Shown: piece after piece, positions 23,139 to 35,603 of the stretch
Position numbering within the stretch: position 1 is the first letter of the stretch
How the letters are laid out: every line of letters starts with the position of its first letter
From: Neovahlkampfia damariscottae
Lineage: Eukaryota
DNA: 64,000 nucleotides
Reading direction: 5' to 3'
NCBI GenBank assembly: GCA_016618085.1
Contig: JABLTG010000010.1
Coordinates: 124,001 to 188,000, forward strand
The notes under the pieces: generated by a model
Database searches by the model: none
Told to the model about the DNA's origin: nothing
The model's input: only the letters and a program-made list of their open reading frames with translations
Program-made: the position numbers and the translations under genes

Positions 23139-25979
23139 TTAAAATGGATTTTTTAATATCCAATCAAGTGCTTTTGATGGATCATTATTTCCAGTTTTTA
23201 AAAGAGCTTTTTCAGAAATATTCTTATCAAAGCCCATATTCATTAATGCTTTCAATAATTGAGGATTTGCAACTAAAGGAGTTGTAACAACTTTCGCATT
23301 ATTTTGAGTTTGATTCATTGAAGGTTTGAAATTTTCAATTGGTTTATCAATTTGAACATTTTCTGATAAGAATTTCATCTTAAATGAATCTTTTTGTTTG
23401 GTGTATAGTTTCATTGAAAAAGGTAAATTCATATCAGGTTCAAAGGTGCAAGGTAAAATGAAATATGGAGATTCTTCAGGTTTTAAATCTAATTCGACAG
23501 TCCAAAATGCACCACGGATATATTTGGCACATGAATATTTTATACTTCTTCCTCTTATTTCTTTGCTGTATACATTGATCCCAATTCCATTCCATTTGTT
23601 CTTCTCAGGTTGTGTTAAAACAAAAGTTATTTTTGTGGATTCTTTGACATCCATTTGGTAAGTAGGATTGCTTTTCCAAGATGAATAATTTTGACAACCT
23701 CCATTTAATGGGTATGCCCATCTTCCTTCAAATTTTGAAATAAATTTTGTTTCTGTTGGCATTTCAGTGACTTCCACAGTTTCATTGGAAGAAATTCTAA
23801 GTGTATAAGTTCCTAATATCCCTGGAAAGTCAGGTGAAACTATGAGAACATATGGTTTTTCTGATGGTTCTAATTCAAATTCGATGTCAGAATCTCTGAA
23901 TGGTTTGTATAAATAATTTCCACTTTTTGGAGTGATAAAGTTGAAGATACCATTATCAATTTTTCTTTCTCCTTTGATTCCCCCTGATGTTAAGTAAGTG
24001 ACAAATTGTTTGTATTTGTAATCTTTTTTGATTACTTTTGATAAACGAGCATCAGGTTGATGTAATGAAATAATTAAGTGCGTTTTCTTGGAAACTAAAA
24101 TTTGATATTGAGGATTATCAATAAAATTTGGATCAATTGCAGCACCACCTGAATTGGATTCATCAAATTTACCTTTAAAAATCTGTTTTTTATAGTCGTC
24201 TGGAATCAGATGTGAAAGATAGAATCTATTGAACTCTTTGAAAAAATCATCATAATTGATCCAAAAACATCCTTCATCATGGTATGGATCATGATATTCT
24301 AACTTCTCTTTCATTTCTTCTGTCCAAATTTCATCATTTTTGAAAGACCATTTTCCAGTATATTTACTGTCACCCCACTAATTCAATAAATAAAAAATAT
24401 AAAATGTTACTGGATTTCTTAAATATATCAATTGTTCCGTTCCCACTACTTTCATGTCTAATACTGAATATGCATGATTACCTACAATTCCATGATCAGA
24501 TGTTTTTTTTTCAGGATCATCTGGTACATTCAATACACCCATTAAAGCTAATCCAGTATCAAATGATTCTTGCATTTTTGACCAAACATAATTTTTCTGT
24601 TTTTCATCTTTTCTTGACATCAAAATCAAGGTATCACAAGTTCCACCTGTCAAATCTAACATTCCATCATTTATAAATCCAGTGTCAATATTTTCATAAC
24701 TTCCATGTAATTTAGCATAGGCCTATGTACAACATTAATACCAGTAAAATATCGAACTTTTTCTAAAATGGAAACCCAAATTTCCGAATGATTCAAATTT
24801 TGGGAGTAAATTGGATAACCTGTGTAGGCGTTACAAGGAATATAATCATCAACTATAACTGTTTTCCAACCATTCTTATAAAATCTACAAGCATAAACAC
24901 CAAATTCACCAAACTCTGTAGAGACAAATAAATTTTCCAATAAATCAGTTCTTTTAGCAACTATTGAAGCAGCACAGACAAACCAACAATCACCTAAAGA
25001 TCCCTGTTTGATATCTCCAGGTGTACATTTTCCTGAAAAAAAAAAAGGTTCTTGTGGGCAATATTCCCATGGTCTTTTCCAAACAACAGGTATTTCAACA
25101 CCAAATTGATCTTTGAGTGGAGTTGGATTGAATTTATCTTTGAATAAACTTGTTTCATTAGGTGGGAAATGAGGATCAACAAAAAGTTTATCATTTTTTT
25201 GACAATCTAAAATGATATCTTTCAAACTTTGTTCACTTAATAAATTTGGTGTTTGAAATGTCTGTGATGACATTGGTGAATTTAAATCAGAAATTTCTTC
25301 TGATTCCTAAAATAAAATTAATAATTATAATGGTATTACAATGGCTTTTTCCAGAAGTTGTTGATTTTTTTTCAACTCTTCAAGAGAACAAGCATCTTTT
25401 TCAAGTATCAAGTGAGTTTCATTTTTTGTGAATTTGAAAAGAACAAGAATTTGAACAGCTTGAGTTACAGAAACGATATTATCAATGATTTTTTGATTTT
25501 TAAGCTGGGAAACTTTAAACTTTTTTTTTGGCACTTACAGGTACTTTTCTGAATTTTTCTTCTTCAAAATGAGTGAGAATATTCTTTAAAATGCTTTGTA
25601 GGATTTTAAGTGTTTCTGTTTTGATTGTTAATTTGATATAAGAAACAAGTTCAAATATTTCTTGTTGAAAAGATTTCACTTTTTTTTTTGGTTTTTCTTC
25701 TTTGATTTCTTCTAATTTTTCAAGTTTTTTTACATCAATTTCGGTATTTTTAGGGATTATTGTGTGCTCTTTTCTGTATTTATTGTAGTCTGGTGAATCC
25801 AAATACAAACTGATGGCTAACTGTGGTGATGAAAATTATAGAATTTTTTTGTTTACTGAAACATCATTGAAATCACAAATTGACAAGTATTTGAATGCTA
25901 ATTCTTCATTTGCGAATTTTACAGCTTCTATGAATTGTTTGACTGTTTTTTGTTGTTCTTGTGTTGTTGTGCAAGACAT
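23139..25979 (-). CDS. Calpain-family protease with N-terminal UBA-like and PUB domains, two calpain-III domains and a C-terminal UBA
   Basis: Catalytic QGSLGDCW, GNHAYS, LRNP|WG; PUB-like ILKNILTHFEEEKFRK; terminal LMNMGF...ALDWI. The intron at ~25307-25339 links the PUB part to the protease in frame. Confidence 0.82.
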
Positions 25980-26020
25980 GAGGAACTGACAAATGAAAAA
26001 CAAAGGTGATTCCACAATTT

Positions 26021-26713
26021 TTATTTTTTTAATCTCAAATTCATTCTTTCAATTGCTCTTTCTCTTGCTTTTGATAAAATTTCTTCAGTTGGTTTTTCAC
26101 CAATTTTTTTCTTTTGTATTTTTTCAATTTTTTTTTCTTGTTGAGGTTTTGAAGCCATTTGCAATTGATCAGAAATCATTTCTTTTTCATCTGATTCTTC
26201 ATCTTTAGAAGTAACGAAGTCATCATCTAAACCTCCGGAAGGCTCTAAAATATTATTCAAAAAATTGGATTTGTTCAAATTTGGAGTTGATTCTTGCTCA
26301 AACTTCTCTTTCAATTTTTTTTGTTTCATTAACTGTTCTTCATATGATTTTGTATAAAATACTTCTGTATCTCCATAAATTTGTTTTTCTTCTTCATTTT
26401 TTTTAATCATACTTTGATTTTTCAAATGATCTTGATACAATTTTCTTTCTTTTGAGTTTTCTAATAATTTTTCAATATATTTTGATTTTCCTTTTTCTTT
26501 TTCTTTTAATTTTTTTTGAAATTCTTGTTCTTGTTTTTTTGATTCATTCAAGGTTTCATAAACTTCATCGTATTGATAAATTTCATTTTTTGATTCTTTT
26601 TTTATTTTTTCATCAACTTTTTTTGCTTCTTCTGCTTGTTTCATGGCAAGTCTTTTTATAGGATCAATATATACTTCCTCTTCTTCAGAGTCTGAAGAAC
26701 CAAAAATGTCCAT
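26021..26713 (-). CDS. NSRP1/CCDC55 (DUF2040)-like splicing-associated protein
   Basis: IYQYDEVYE, SKYIEKLL, EVFYTKSY, C-terminal ARERAIER. Confidence 0.7.
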   Translation of the reverse strand: MDIFGSSDSEEEEVYIDPIKRLAMKQAEEAKKVDEKIKKESKNEIYQYDEVYETLNESKKQEQEFQKKLKEKEKGKSKYIEKLLENSKERKLYQDHLKNQSMIKKNEEEKQIYGDTEVFYTKSYEEQLMKQKKLKEKFEQESTPNLNKSNFLNNILEPSGGLDDDFVTSKDEESDEKEMISDQLQMASKPQQEKKIEKIQKKKIGEKPTEEILSKARERAIERMNLRLKK

Positions 26714-26767
26714 CTTTTGCTTCACAACCTTTGAAGTATTGACCAATAAAAATACAAAAAAACTAAT

Positions 26768-29387
26768 TTATTTTGAAAAAAAATCTTGATTCAAAAAATC
26801 ATACAATAATACAGCATTTTGTTTACCAATTAATTTAGTCAATTTATTATAACTCAATTGACTCAATTCATTCAATGAATCAACAGAATTAATAATGGTA
26901 TTCACATTTTGAGGAGTAACTCCAGGCATTCTTTTTAATACCTCAATTGCAGAATCAACATCTTCATTTTCATCATTTTCCCCTGTACCAACTAAAGAAA
27001 AAGTAAAAATAAAATTGATCAAAATTTCAAACTATTTTGTGCATCAATTGGATCAGGTTCTATTTGATTTTTCTTCAAAAACTTGAATAGACTTACAGAA
27101 TTTCTTGGACTTCTACACCAAAATATTTTCAATCTTGGGAAGTGAATTGTCAAAAGAGCTAATTTAGAGGTGACCAAAGTAGCTTGTATTTTATCACGAA
27201 ATTCTTAATGAAGTTTAATTTCAAATAATCATACCATAAGAAGGAACCAAATAAAATGATTCTTTTTCATCAAATTGAATCAAAACAGCAGCTGTATTAT
27301 AATGTTTCAACATTTTCTCTGCTTGTGTGAATAACCTACCTGCATTTAAACTTTGAGATAAATCAACTGGACTCTTTCTTTCAATTGCTAAACCAGGATG
27401 AACAATAAAATCACCAATAGCTAAAGAAATTGGAATGACTTCAATTCCATGATCATACAATAAACAAGGAAGTGCACTTCTAAACTCCCTAACATCTACA
27501 ATAACTTTTAATTGAGTTAATGTTAATAACTTTTCCTTTTCTTGGTTTTGAGACAAAACTGTTTCTAGTGGAATTGATAAATGAGCTTTTTTATCAATCA
27601 ATATTTTAAAATTATCAACTTCTTTGTTGGTGGCATTTCTGTAAGTTTCTTCTTCAATTGATCCTTCATACATCATAAAATAAATTCTGAGAGGAAATCC
27701 AGGATTCTTTGCTTTGAAAATTTCAATTTTTCGAATGATTGAAATTTCAGGTTCATAAAGTATAATGAAAGAAGGTCGAAATTTTTCCAATTGAACTTCT
27801 GCATGATGTTGAATGATAACTTTCATTTTATTGTCACTTTCTAAAATTTCAAAATGATCTGAAATTGAATCAAGTTTTGTTTGTAATGATTTTTTTGTTT
27901 TTGTCGATTTTGGAAGCTCAGAATTTAAAATTGGATTATTTTTTCTTTTTGCATTTGATTTCCTTCCAACATAAATTTCATTCATTGTTTCTTTTTTTGT
28001 GATGAATTCATTGGATTGTTCAACATTTTGTTTTCTTTTCTCTTGTGTTTCTTGATGAAAATGATATCTATTCATCAATGTTTGATTACCTTGTTCAATA
28101 TAATCTTTGATGAAATTAGTGCATTGATCTGTTTTTGTAATAACCAATACATTTCCTGATAATTTTTCATCTTTAGATGAATATATTTCTTTTTTTGCTT
28201 CATCTAATATTTTCAAAATGTATTTCCATTTTGGATTCTCTTCCAGTATTAATTTTGATTCTTCTCTTTTTTCAGATTTATCCATTTGTGTTAATGTTTT
28301 TTGTGATTTTTGTTTTTTTTGTTTTGATGATATCACTCTCGATTTTGCATAGGAATAAATAACTTGAGCTTCATCAGTTAATAACCAATTTGCTGGATTT
28401 GAATCAACACCTTGCGATAATCTAAATGATTCCAAATAACTATAAAAACCAAAACAATCATATCTCAATAATAAACTTAAAAAAGTTAATATAGAAATAA
28501 ATCAAAACAATAAAATATGTCTTAATGTCTTTAAATCATCTAAATAACCTTTTGTCTTTTTTCCAAGTTTATCAATTTGATTTCTGATGGTTCTATCAAA
28601 ATTTCGAGTTAAATAATTTTCAAATGTCAATTCAGTCAAGTCAATATCAACCTTTTCAAAAAAAATAAGAATCTTGAACTCTTACGTCAGAATTTATTTT
28701 TTTGATTTCATTCAATGTTGATTTAATTAAATCAACAATGGAGTCTTGAATAATGGACATGTTTGATGTCAACTTCATTGTGACTTCTACAACTTCAGGT
28801 GTATTTTTATCCAACACTTTAACTATTTCTTCATGAAATCTAGGCCATAAAAATAAGTTTTCAATGAACATCATTTTCATCATTTTTTGTAAAGCTGTAA
28901 ATTCTGATACAAATTTATATTCATTTTCTGTGAATGCTTTTATGAATATTTTTGGATTTTTTTGTTTTAATAAACTCATGATAAATGCTTCATTTGAGTT
29001 TTCAATAATAGTATGAGCATTACATATGACAAGTCCTGAAACAAGATTCAAAGGTACTCTGTGGTTCAAAATATCGACAATTAAAATCCTTGAAGTAACA
29101 AATAAACAACCACCGTCCAGATAAACTTGTCTACGTTCTTTTTGTGGAAATTCATTGTTTATAATTTTTGGTATTAAATTTTGTGGTACTCCTGCTGATC
29201 TTAAACGTTCAATATAATTTTGTATTTCTTCATCTTTTAAGTTCAAAACAAAAACAAGTTGGTGAGGATCTGAATAACCTTTTATGACGTTCATAGTTAT
29301 TTCATCAATTCCAAGTCCTTTTGATATAATTAATAAACCATCTTCTTTTATAGTCTCACTGAGAATCGTCTTCTGAAACTCAAGCAT
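26768..29387 (-). CDS. XPF: DNA repair endonuclease XPF/RAD1
   Basis: VTSRILIVD, LWPRFH, nuclease motifs VDVREFRS, GDF, ERKS; C-terminal HhH (MPGV). Confidence 0.95.
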
Positions 29388-29590
29388 TTTATTGGAAGAT
29401 TATTCTGATTCGTCAAATTCAATGAATAATTATTTTTGAAGCAGAATCCGAATTTGAGAATTTAATTGTCTCACATTTGAGAAATGAGAAATTCACTTTT
29501 TGAAAGAGTTGTGGAAATAATTTGAAGACAAAAATATAATGAATCCAACATTCATTGACATTAAAAATTCGAGATGACAATTAGAATTTA

Positions 29591-31177
29591 TCATAAATTT
29601 GTCATTTTAACTTTCAATTCTTTTGGTCTAACAATAGCATCGAATTCTAAAACAACATCATCTTTGGAAAATCCATCATCAAATTCAACTTTGAAATTTC
29701 TTAAAATCAAAGCAAGAATTAAAGGTCCTTCAGCTTTGGCAAATATTTTTCCAACACAATCTCTTGGACCAACAGAAAATGGAATAAATGAATATCGTAA
29801 ATTTGGGATATTTTTCAAATTTTCTTCACTCCAACGATCAGGATTGAATCTATAAGGATCTTTCCAAATTTTTGGATTGTGATGCAATCCGTAGATATTA
29901 ATCCCTACTAAAGTCTCTTTTGGCACATATAAATCACCAATGAACATGTCTTTATCCGTTTCTCTATCAATTTCTGCAACTGGAGGAATCATACGAAATG
30001 ATTCGTTTACTACTTGATGAAGATATTCCATTTTTTCAATATCTTCATAACTGACATGTTCTTTATCCTTTAAGTTTTCTAAAATATGTTCTCTTAATTT
30101 TTGTTGAATATCAGGATGAGCGCACAGTAGGAAAATTGTGTTTGAAACCAATGATGAAGTAGTCTGTCATTTTGAGACCAATTTTTTAAAAACTTACGTC
30201 ATGTCCTGCAAATAAGAATGTGAATGATTCATCAACTACCAGTTCATCTGAAATTTTTTCACCATCCATTTCTGCTGTCATCAACAAAGATAACAAATCA
30301 CCTGAGTCATCTGTTCCATTTTCAATTTTAGGTCTTCGTTGACTCATAATCTTCGTAATGTTTTCTTTCATTTTGGTTTGTGAAACAAATGTTTTCTTGA
30401 TAGATGGAACAGGTAAATATGGAAGAATTGACATTGGTAATAAAAGTCCAAAATTGATAACTGAAAAGAAATTCTTTGATAAATCACACCATAATTTTGC
30501 TGTTTCTCTTTGTTCAGATGTATCTCCGAATGCTCTTTACTCATATTAATTTGAATTGTAATCTTACGATTCAGAAATAATTTCTAAAGTTAACTGAGAT
30601 ATTTCAATACATAAATCCAATTTTCCTTTTTTTTTCCAACTTTTAAGGGCTGTGTTGGTGTGTATTTCCATTGTTTTAATAAATGTTTTCACCTGAAAAT
30701 CATAATTCATTTCAAAAAAACTCTTACATTTTGCGGTGTGAAAATTGGATTGATCAATGTTCTTTCTTTTTTCCATATTTCACCACTAGAAAGCAAAATT
30801 CCATTTCCAAATATTGGTTTCAAAGTATCATAAACCAAAGATGATTTTGGCAAACGATTTGTGATGGTTATTTCTTTGATCATCTCTGGTGATGATGTCA
30901 GTAGGTATGGAGTCATTAAAAAATTTAAAACAGCTGTGTCTTGATCACTTTTGTGAGATTCTTCTGACCATAGTTTATAAACGTCTTCTGTTAAATTGAT
31001 GTAGTCAAAAAATTGACCAAATCCTAAATTGATTGGAAGAACTGAATAACTTTTTGTCTTTGATTTTTTTAAAGTGTGAAAGAATTTTCTTCTGTGTAGG
31101 ATCATTTGAATCACTTTCCACCCAATGTAAATTAATCCAGCTGATAAGAGCAACAAAAAAATTTGTTGTGGGTTCAT
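29591..31177 (-). CDS. Cytochrome P450
   Basis: N-terminal anchor, WKKER, AGHD|TTS, ESFR, FNPDRW, FSVGPRDCVG. Confidence 0.95.
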
Positions 31178-31348
31178 AGTTGTAAAAAATGATTGGTTCG
31201 GAAAAATTCTGAATTTGAAATATAAATTCTTTAGTTGAGAATCAAATTATTACATTCTAAAAAGAGAAGGTTAATTGGACAGAAAATTGAAAATTGATGT
31301 CCTTATTTTTTTGATTGATAATGCTTGAAGTTTCTTTTGGATATTTTA

Positions 31349-32553
31349 CTAGTACAATACTCTTTTGATGATTCCAAATGCAATGATTTTGTTGTTATCC
31401 CATAATATAATTCTTCCCATTTTTGGACATAAATCGAATTCTTCAACACATATCTTTTTTAAAGGTATCAATTCAACAAACCCACAATCTCCACTTTTAA
31501 GTTTTAATGGATTCTTTTCAATAATTTCATTAGTTTGATCGTCAAAAGTGAATAAAATTTTACCAATTTTCACTCTTGAAGTTATGCAATGAATAAATAA
31601 AGTTGATTCATATCCAGCATGAATGAAAGTTGAATCATCTTGAATTTTCAAGTTCACTTGAATTTTTTCACATAATTTTAATGTCCAATCTCCAATAACA
31701 TCACCACTTTGGAAACATGAACCAGATCGAACACTAAGTCCTACAAAATCACCCACTTCGGCTTTTTTCACGCCTTTATAATCTTTTTCAATTGTAAATA
31801 TACTTTCTTTTGATTGGATTGATTTAACAGAAAAAATTTCATCACCTTTCAGGGACATTATTACTTGTAATACACATCCAGTGATAACTGTGTCCATTTG
31901 ATATATTCCACCAACATAAATCATTTCTCTGATAGAAAATCGTGTAATGTTATTGGATTGAACTCTTTTTGGAGCTTCCATTTTTCCAAGAACATTGAGA
32001 ACTGTTCCACCAGACCACCATTTCATTTTTGTTTGATTTTCAAAAACATTTTCGTTTTCAAGTGCTGAAATTGGAATAAATTTATAATTTTCTGTTTTTA
32101 ACTCGAAACTTTTTAACATTAGATATAAATCTTTATCAATGGTTTTGAAAATTTCTTCTGAATAATTCACATTTTCATGATCCATTTGTGATCAAAAAAA
32201 TAACTTTTTCAATTTCAAAAATTTTACACAATAGTATTTCATCTCTAATGTTATTTTGGTTCAATTTAAATTCTTCATCCAAAGCTGAAACTATCATAAA
32301 ACATCCATCAACTTGAGAAATTGTTTTAAAAAAAATTTTGTAATTGTTGATAACTTTTGTAATCAAACATTTGAAAGAGTATATCGTTATGTTCCATAGA
32401 AAAATATTTACAATTTTTTTGTTTCGTCATATTTTCTTCAAAATATCTATTTTTTGAACCATCCTTCATCAAACAACTCAATAAAGTTTTTCCTGAGTTA
32501 TAGTGTCCAAAAATGGCAAATGAAACACTTTCTTTTCCGCTGCTCGTCTTCAT
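31349..32553 (-). pseudogene. Divergent EF-1alpha/HBS1-like translational GTPase, frameshifted
   Basis: GHYNSGKT, FIPISALE, GDFVGL, KSGDCG...PKMGRIILWD. Frame breaks at ~32328-32335 and ~32185 with no splice signals; the DxxG motif is lost. Confidence 0.65.
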
Positions 32554-32708
32554 TTTGAATAATAAAATGATTGGTGAACACAACCACAGTGGAGACACAA
32601 ACATACAAAATTCAATCTAACAACTTTCTTGCAATCAAAGAAATATAAACAAAAATTCACATATTCAAATGGAGAGGTTTTTATTCAAAGATTTGTCTTT
32701 CTGTTTGA

Positions 32709-33279
32709 TCAGAATAATTGTATGTTTTCAGGCAATTCTACGGTGTCCGAATCTTGGAAATATAGAAACGCCGAAACACCAAGATATTGAACTTTGACCC
32801 TTGAATGATATTGTATTTCAATTTTGTTGGTCTTCCGACTTGCAAAATACAATGCAGCTAAATCAACAAGATCTGCCAATACTATTACATTTAAATCTAC
32901 AACAATTGTTTGTCTGTCTTTAAAAGGTTCTATTTCAATCGGTTCTGACGTTTCAACTTTTGCAACCGTTTCATTTTTTGAAGAAATCAAAGTCGAAGTT
33001 GATAAAATGTATAATGGAATTCTTCCTCTGTATTCAACTACAAACGTTCCCTTTTTCTTTTTTAGAATAAAAAAATCAAACAGTTACATTCAAAGTTGTT
33101 TCATTCGAATTTGTATTGATCGAATTGAATTGGAATCTTGTAGATACAATGGATGGAGGTACTGGCCATAAAAATACAATCAAAAATATTAAAACAGCAA
33201 TTGGTACTGCCAATACAAATAATATCATGCAGCAACAAAGGCATCCAAATATCAACTTTGATATCACTGAACTGATCAT
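32709..33279 (-). CDS. Single-TM protein with LEA_2-like domain
   Basis: Cys-rich hydrophobic helix ending in LWPVPP, then a beta-rich domain; one intron at ~33051-33087. Confidence 0.5.
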
Positions 33280-33899
33280 TCTTTGAAGATCAATTTTCCC
33301 ACCAACGAGGATAAGGCAAGTTCACTTTTGATTCATTTCCTGTTGTAGGTCACTCTTTGACTAAAAAAATTGATTAATGAAGAATGTGGTACTCCTCAGC
33401 TGTAAGAACCTAAAAATGGCAATGTAGGAAAAGTTGCTTGAAAGAAAACAGCTTGAAAAAATTTGGTGAAGTATAAGTCATACAAAATTAGTTTCCAAAT
33501 TTCACCTTCAGAGAAATAAATTCTTGTTCCAGCGTTGATTTAAGTAAATCTCATGAAGAAACATTTGTCAAATTAGTATCTTTTGTTACTCTTAATTTAC
33601 TCTTGGGAAAACTACACTTTTTAGAATTGTGACATGTACTCTTCATCAAGAGTTCTTTCAAAACCTGTTGTGCCCCAATATATTGGAAAAAATAATTTAT
33701 AGTCTAATTCCAACACTTTTTCCATGTATTCTCCTAGGTTTCGTTTGAAAACAACTCTTGGAGCCACAAAAATTTGATTTTCTATGCTTTCTTCCACCTC
33801 CTGTCCTACAACAAATGGAGGCATTGCAATAAATAGAAAAAATTCTATTGGTCAAAAAAATATAGAGAAACGATACAATTTCGCACAAATGAATGAATT

Positions 33900-34796
33900 T
33901 TATTGAATTTCTTTGAGTAATTTCATTGCACTGTCAAGTGATTTTTGAACATCATCAGTACTCATTTTTAAAGTGATCATTAAATCCATTTTTTCTTTCG
34001 CAATTTTTTGTGCAACTGATGCAAATGATTTCATAATTTCTTTTTCAGTGTATTGTGAATAATGTGTTTTCTTGCAAACACAAAGATGTTTTAAAGTTTG
34101 TTCATAGACATCTTTTCCAATTCCAATGATTGTAAAATGAGCATCAATTTGAGAAATTTTTCTAATAATATCTCTTGCATCATGTTCTGATTTAAAACTT
34201 CCTAAATCTCTTCCATCTGTTAATAAAATGATTTCACATTTATTTTCTTGTTTTGATTTCAATTCATGATCCATTACATTACAAATTGCATCATAAAGTG
34301 ATGTTGTACTTCCAATTTTAATTTTTGATAATAAATCATTGAGATTAATATCTTTTTTTTTGACATCACTCATAATTTTTTGAATATCAGATGAAAAAGT
34401 GGTAATTGAAATTAAATCATCTGGTTGAAGAATCTTGTTGAAAATGATGGAAAAACATTTTTTGACTGTTTCTAATTTGTATCCTGACATTGAACCTGAA
34501 ACATCAATAGCAAAATGAACAGAAATATTTGAATTCTTGTATTGTTTTTCACCTTTGAGTATTTGAATTTTAACTTCTTTTCCTGAAACAGAGTTAACAT
34601 GGTTGTTTTTTGGTTCAGAACAATTTTTGCAACAAGTGTTTTTTCTAAAGTTTTTGAAGTAACACTTTGTGCAGTTCCAATCTCCTGAGTTATCAAAACC
34701 TGTTGTTAATTTTTTGTTTGAACAGTTTTTGCATTCAGTTCTGTTTCTAAAGTTCATAAATGAGCATTTTGAGCATTTCCAGTCTTGTGAGTTCAT
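33900..34796 (-). CDS. Two RanBP2-type zinc fingers + VWA domain
   Basis: DWKCSKC...NF...CKNC twice; MIDAS DVSGSM, TSLYDAI, LLTDG; intronless. Confidence 0.88.
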   Translation of the reverse strand: MNSQDWKCSKCSFMNFRNRTECKNCSNKKLTTGFDNSGDWNCTKCYFKNFRKNTCCKNCSEPKNNHVNSVSGKEVKIQILKGEKQYKNSNISVHFAIDVSGSMSGYKLETVKKCFSIIFNKILQPDDLISITTFSSDIQKIMSDVKKKDINLNDLLSKIKIGSTTSLYDAICNVMDHELKSKQENKCEIILLTDGRDLGSFKSEHDARDIIRKISQIDAHFTIIGIGKDVYEQTLKHLCVCKKTHYSQYTEKEIMKSFASVAQKIAKEKMDLMITLKMSTDDVQKSLDSAMKLLKEIQ

Positions 34797-35124
34797 ATTT
34801 TACACGTGTGTCCGTAATCCACGATTTATAAAAAATATTTTGTTTAGTTGAATTCAAAGTTGAAGTTTCGCTTTTATTGGTCAAAAATCTAAAAATAAAC
34901 CTCAATCTTGCAATTGAAAAATTATTTTGGATGAATCAAATCGTCTATTTTTGTTCAATTTGATTGTTTACATTGGACAAACTTGTTAAATGACTCAGAC
35001 CATATACTGAGACCATACACATTTTTTGTATCATTTAAATCTTAACATGCAAAGCAGGTTGATCACATTCACAGTTAACAACGAAAGCATTGATCATTGA
35101 TTCAAGATTTATTCGGAAATTTTT

Positions 35125-35306
35125 TACTTTTTTACGGAAATCACACTCATTATTAGACTTGCCGAATACCATGCTGATCCTAAAGTGAAAAATAGTACTG
35201 AGAAAAATATATAGTCACCCCTTGTTGTACCACGATCTACCAAAACATATTTTGGATTTTCAACATCGTAGAAACAAGTAAAATTCTCACCAATATTAAA
35301 ATGCTT
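35125..35306 (-). pseudogene. Fragment of a membrane protein gene (DUF3592-like C-terminus)
   Basis: Open frame without a start codon: NIGENFTCFYDVENPKYVLVDRG followed by a hydrophobic helix. Confidence 0.3.
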
Positions 35307-35455
35307 TCATAATATTGATCTTTGAATATCAATGTCATCTAACACGTTGACGTGGAAAAACTCCTGATGCAGTTCAATTGGTTAGATTTTCTTTTCTTAT
35401 TCCGAGTTTCAAAATTCATGAAGAAAAGATTCTTTTTTTAACTTCACAGTAACAA

Positions 35456-35540
35456 AGCAGTGTGGCCGAGCGGTCCAAGGCGTACGACTTAAGATCGTTT
35501 CCACAGTATGTGGGCGCGGGTTCGAACCCCGTCGCTGCTA
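35456..35540 (+). tRNA. tRNA-Leu(TAA), identical to the copy at 3119-3203
   Basis: Same 85-nt cloverleaf followed by TATTTTT. Confidence 0.95.
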
Positions 35541-35603
35541 TATTTTTGATTTTTCAAAATTTTTATTCGAAAGTCATTGAGAATAACAATGACAACAATG
35601 AGG

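Noticed and set aside
33621..33824. 67-aa orphan ORF
   Set aside because: No recognisable motif and followed by stop-ridden sequence; cannot be called as a gene.
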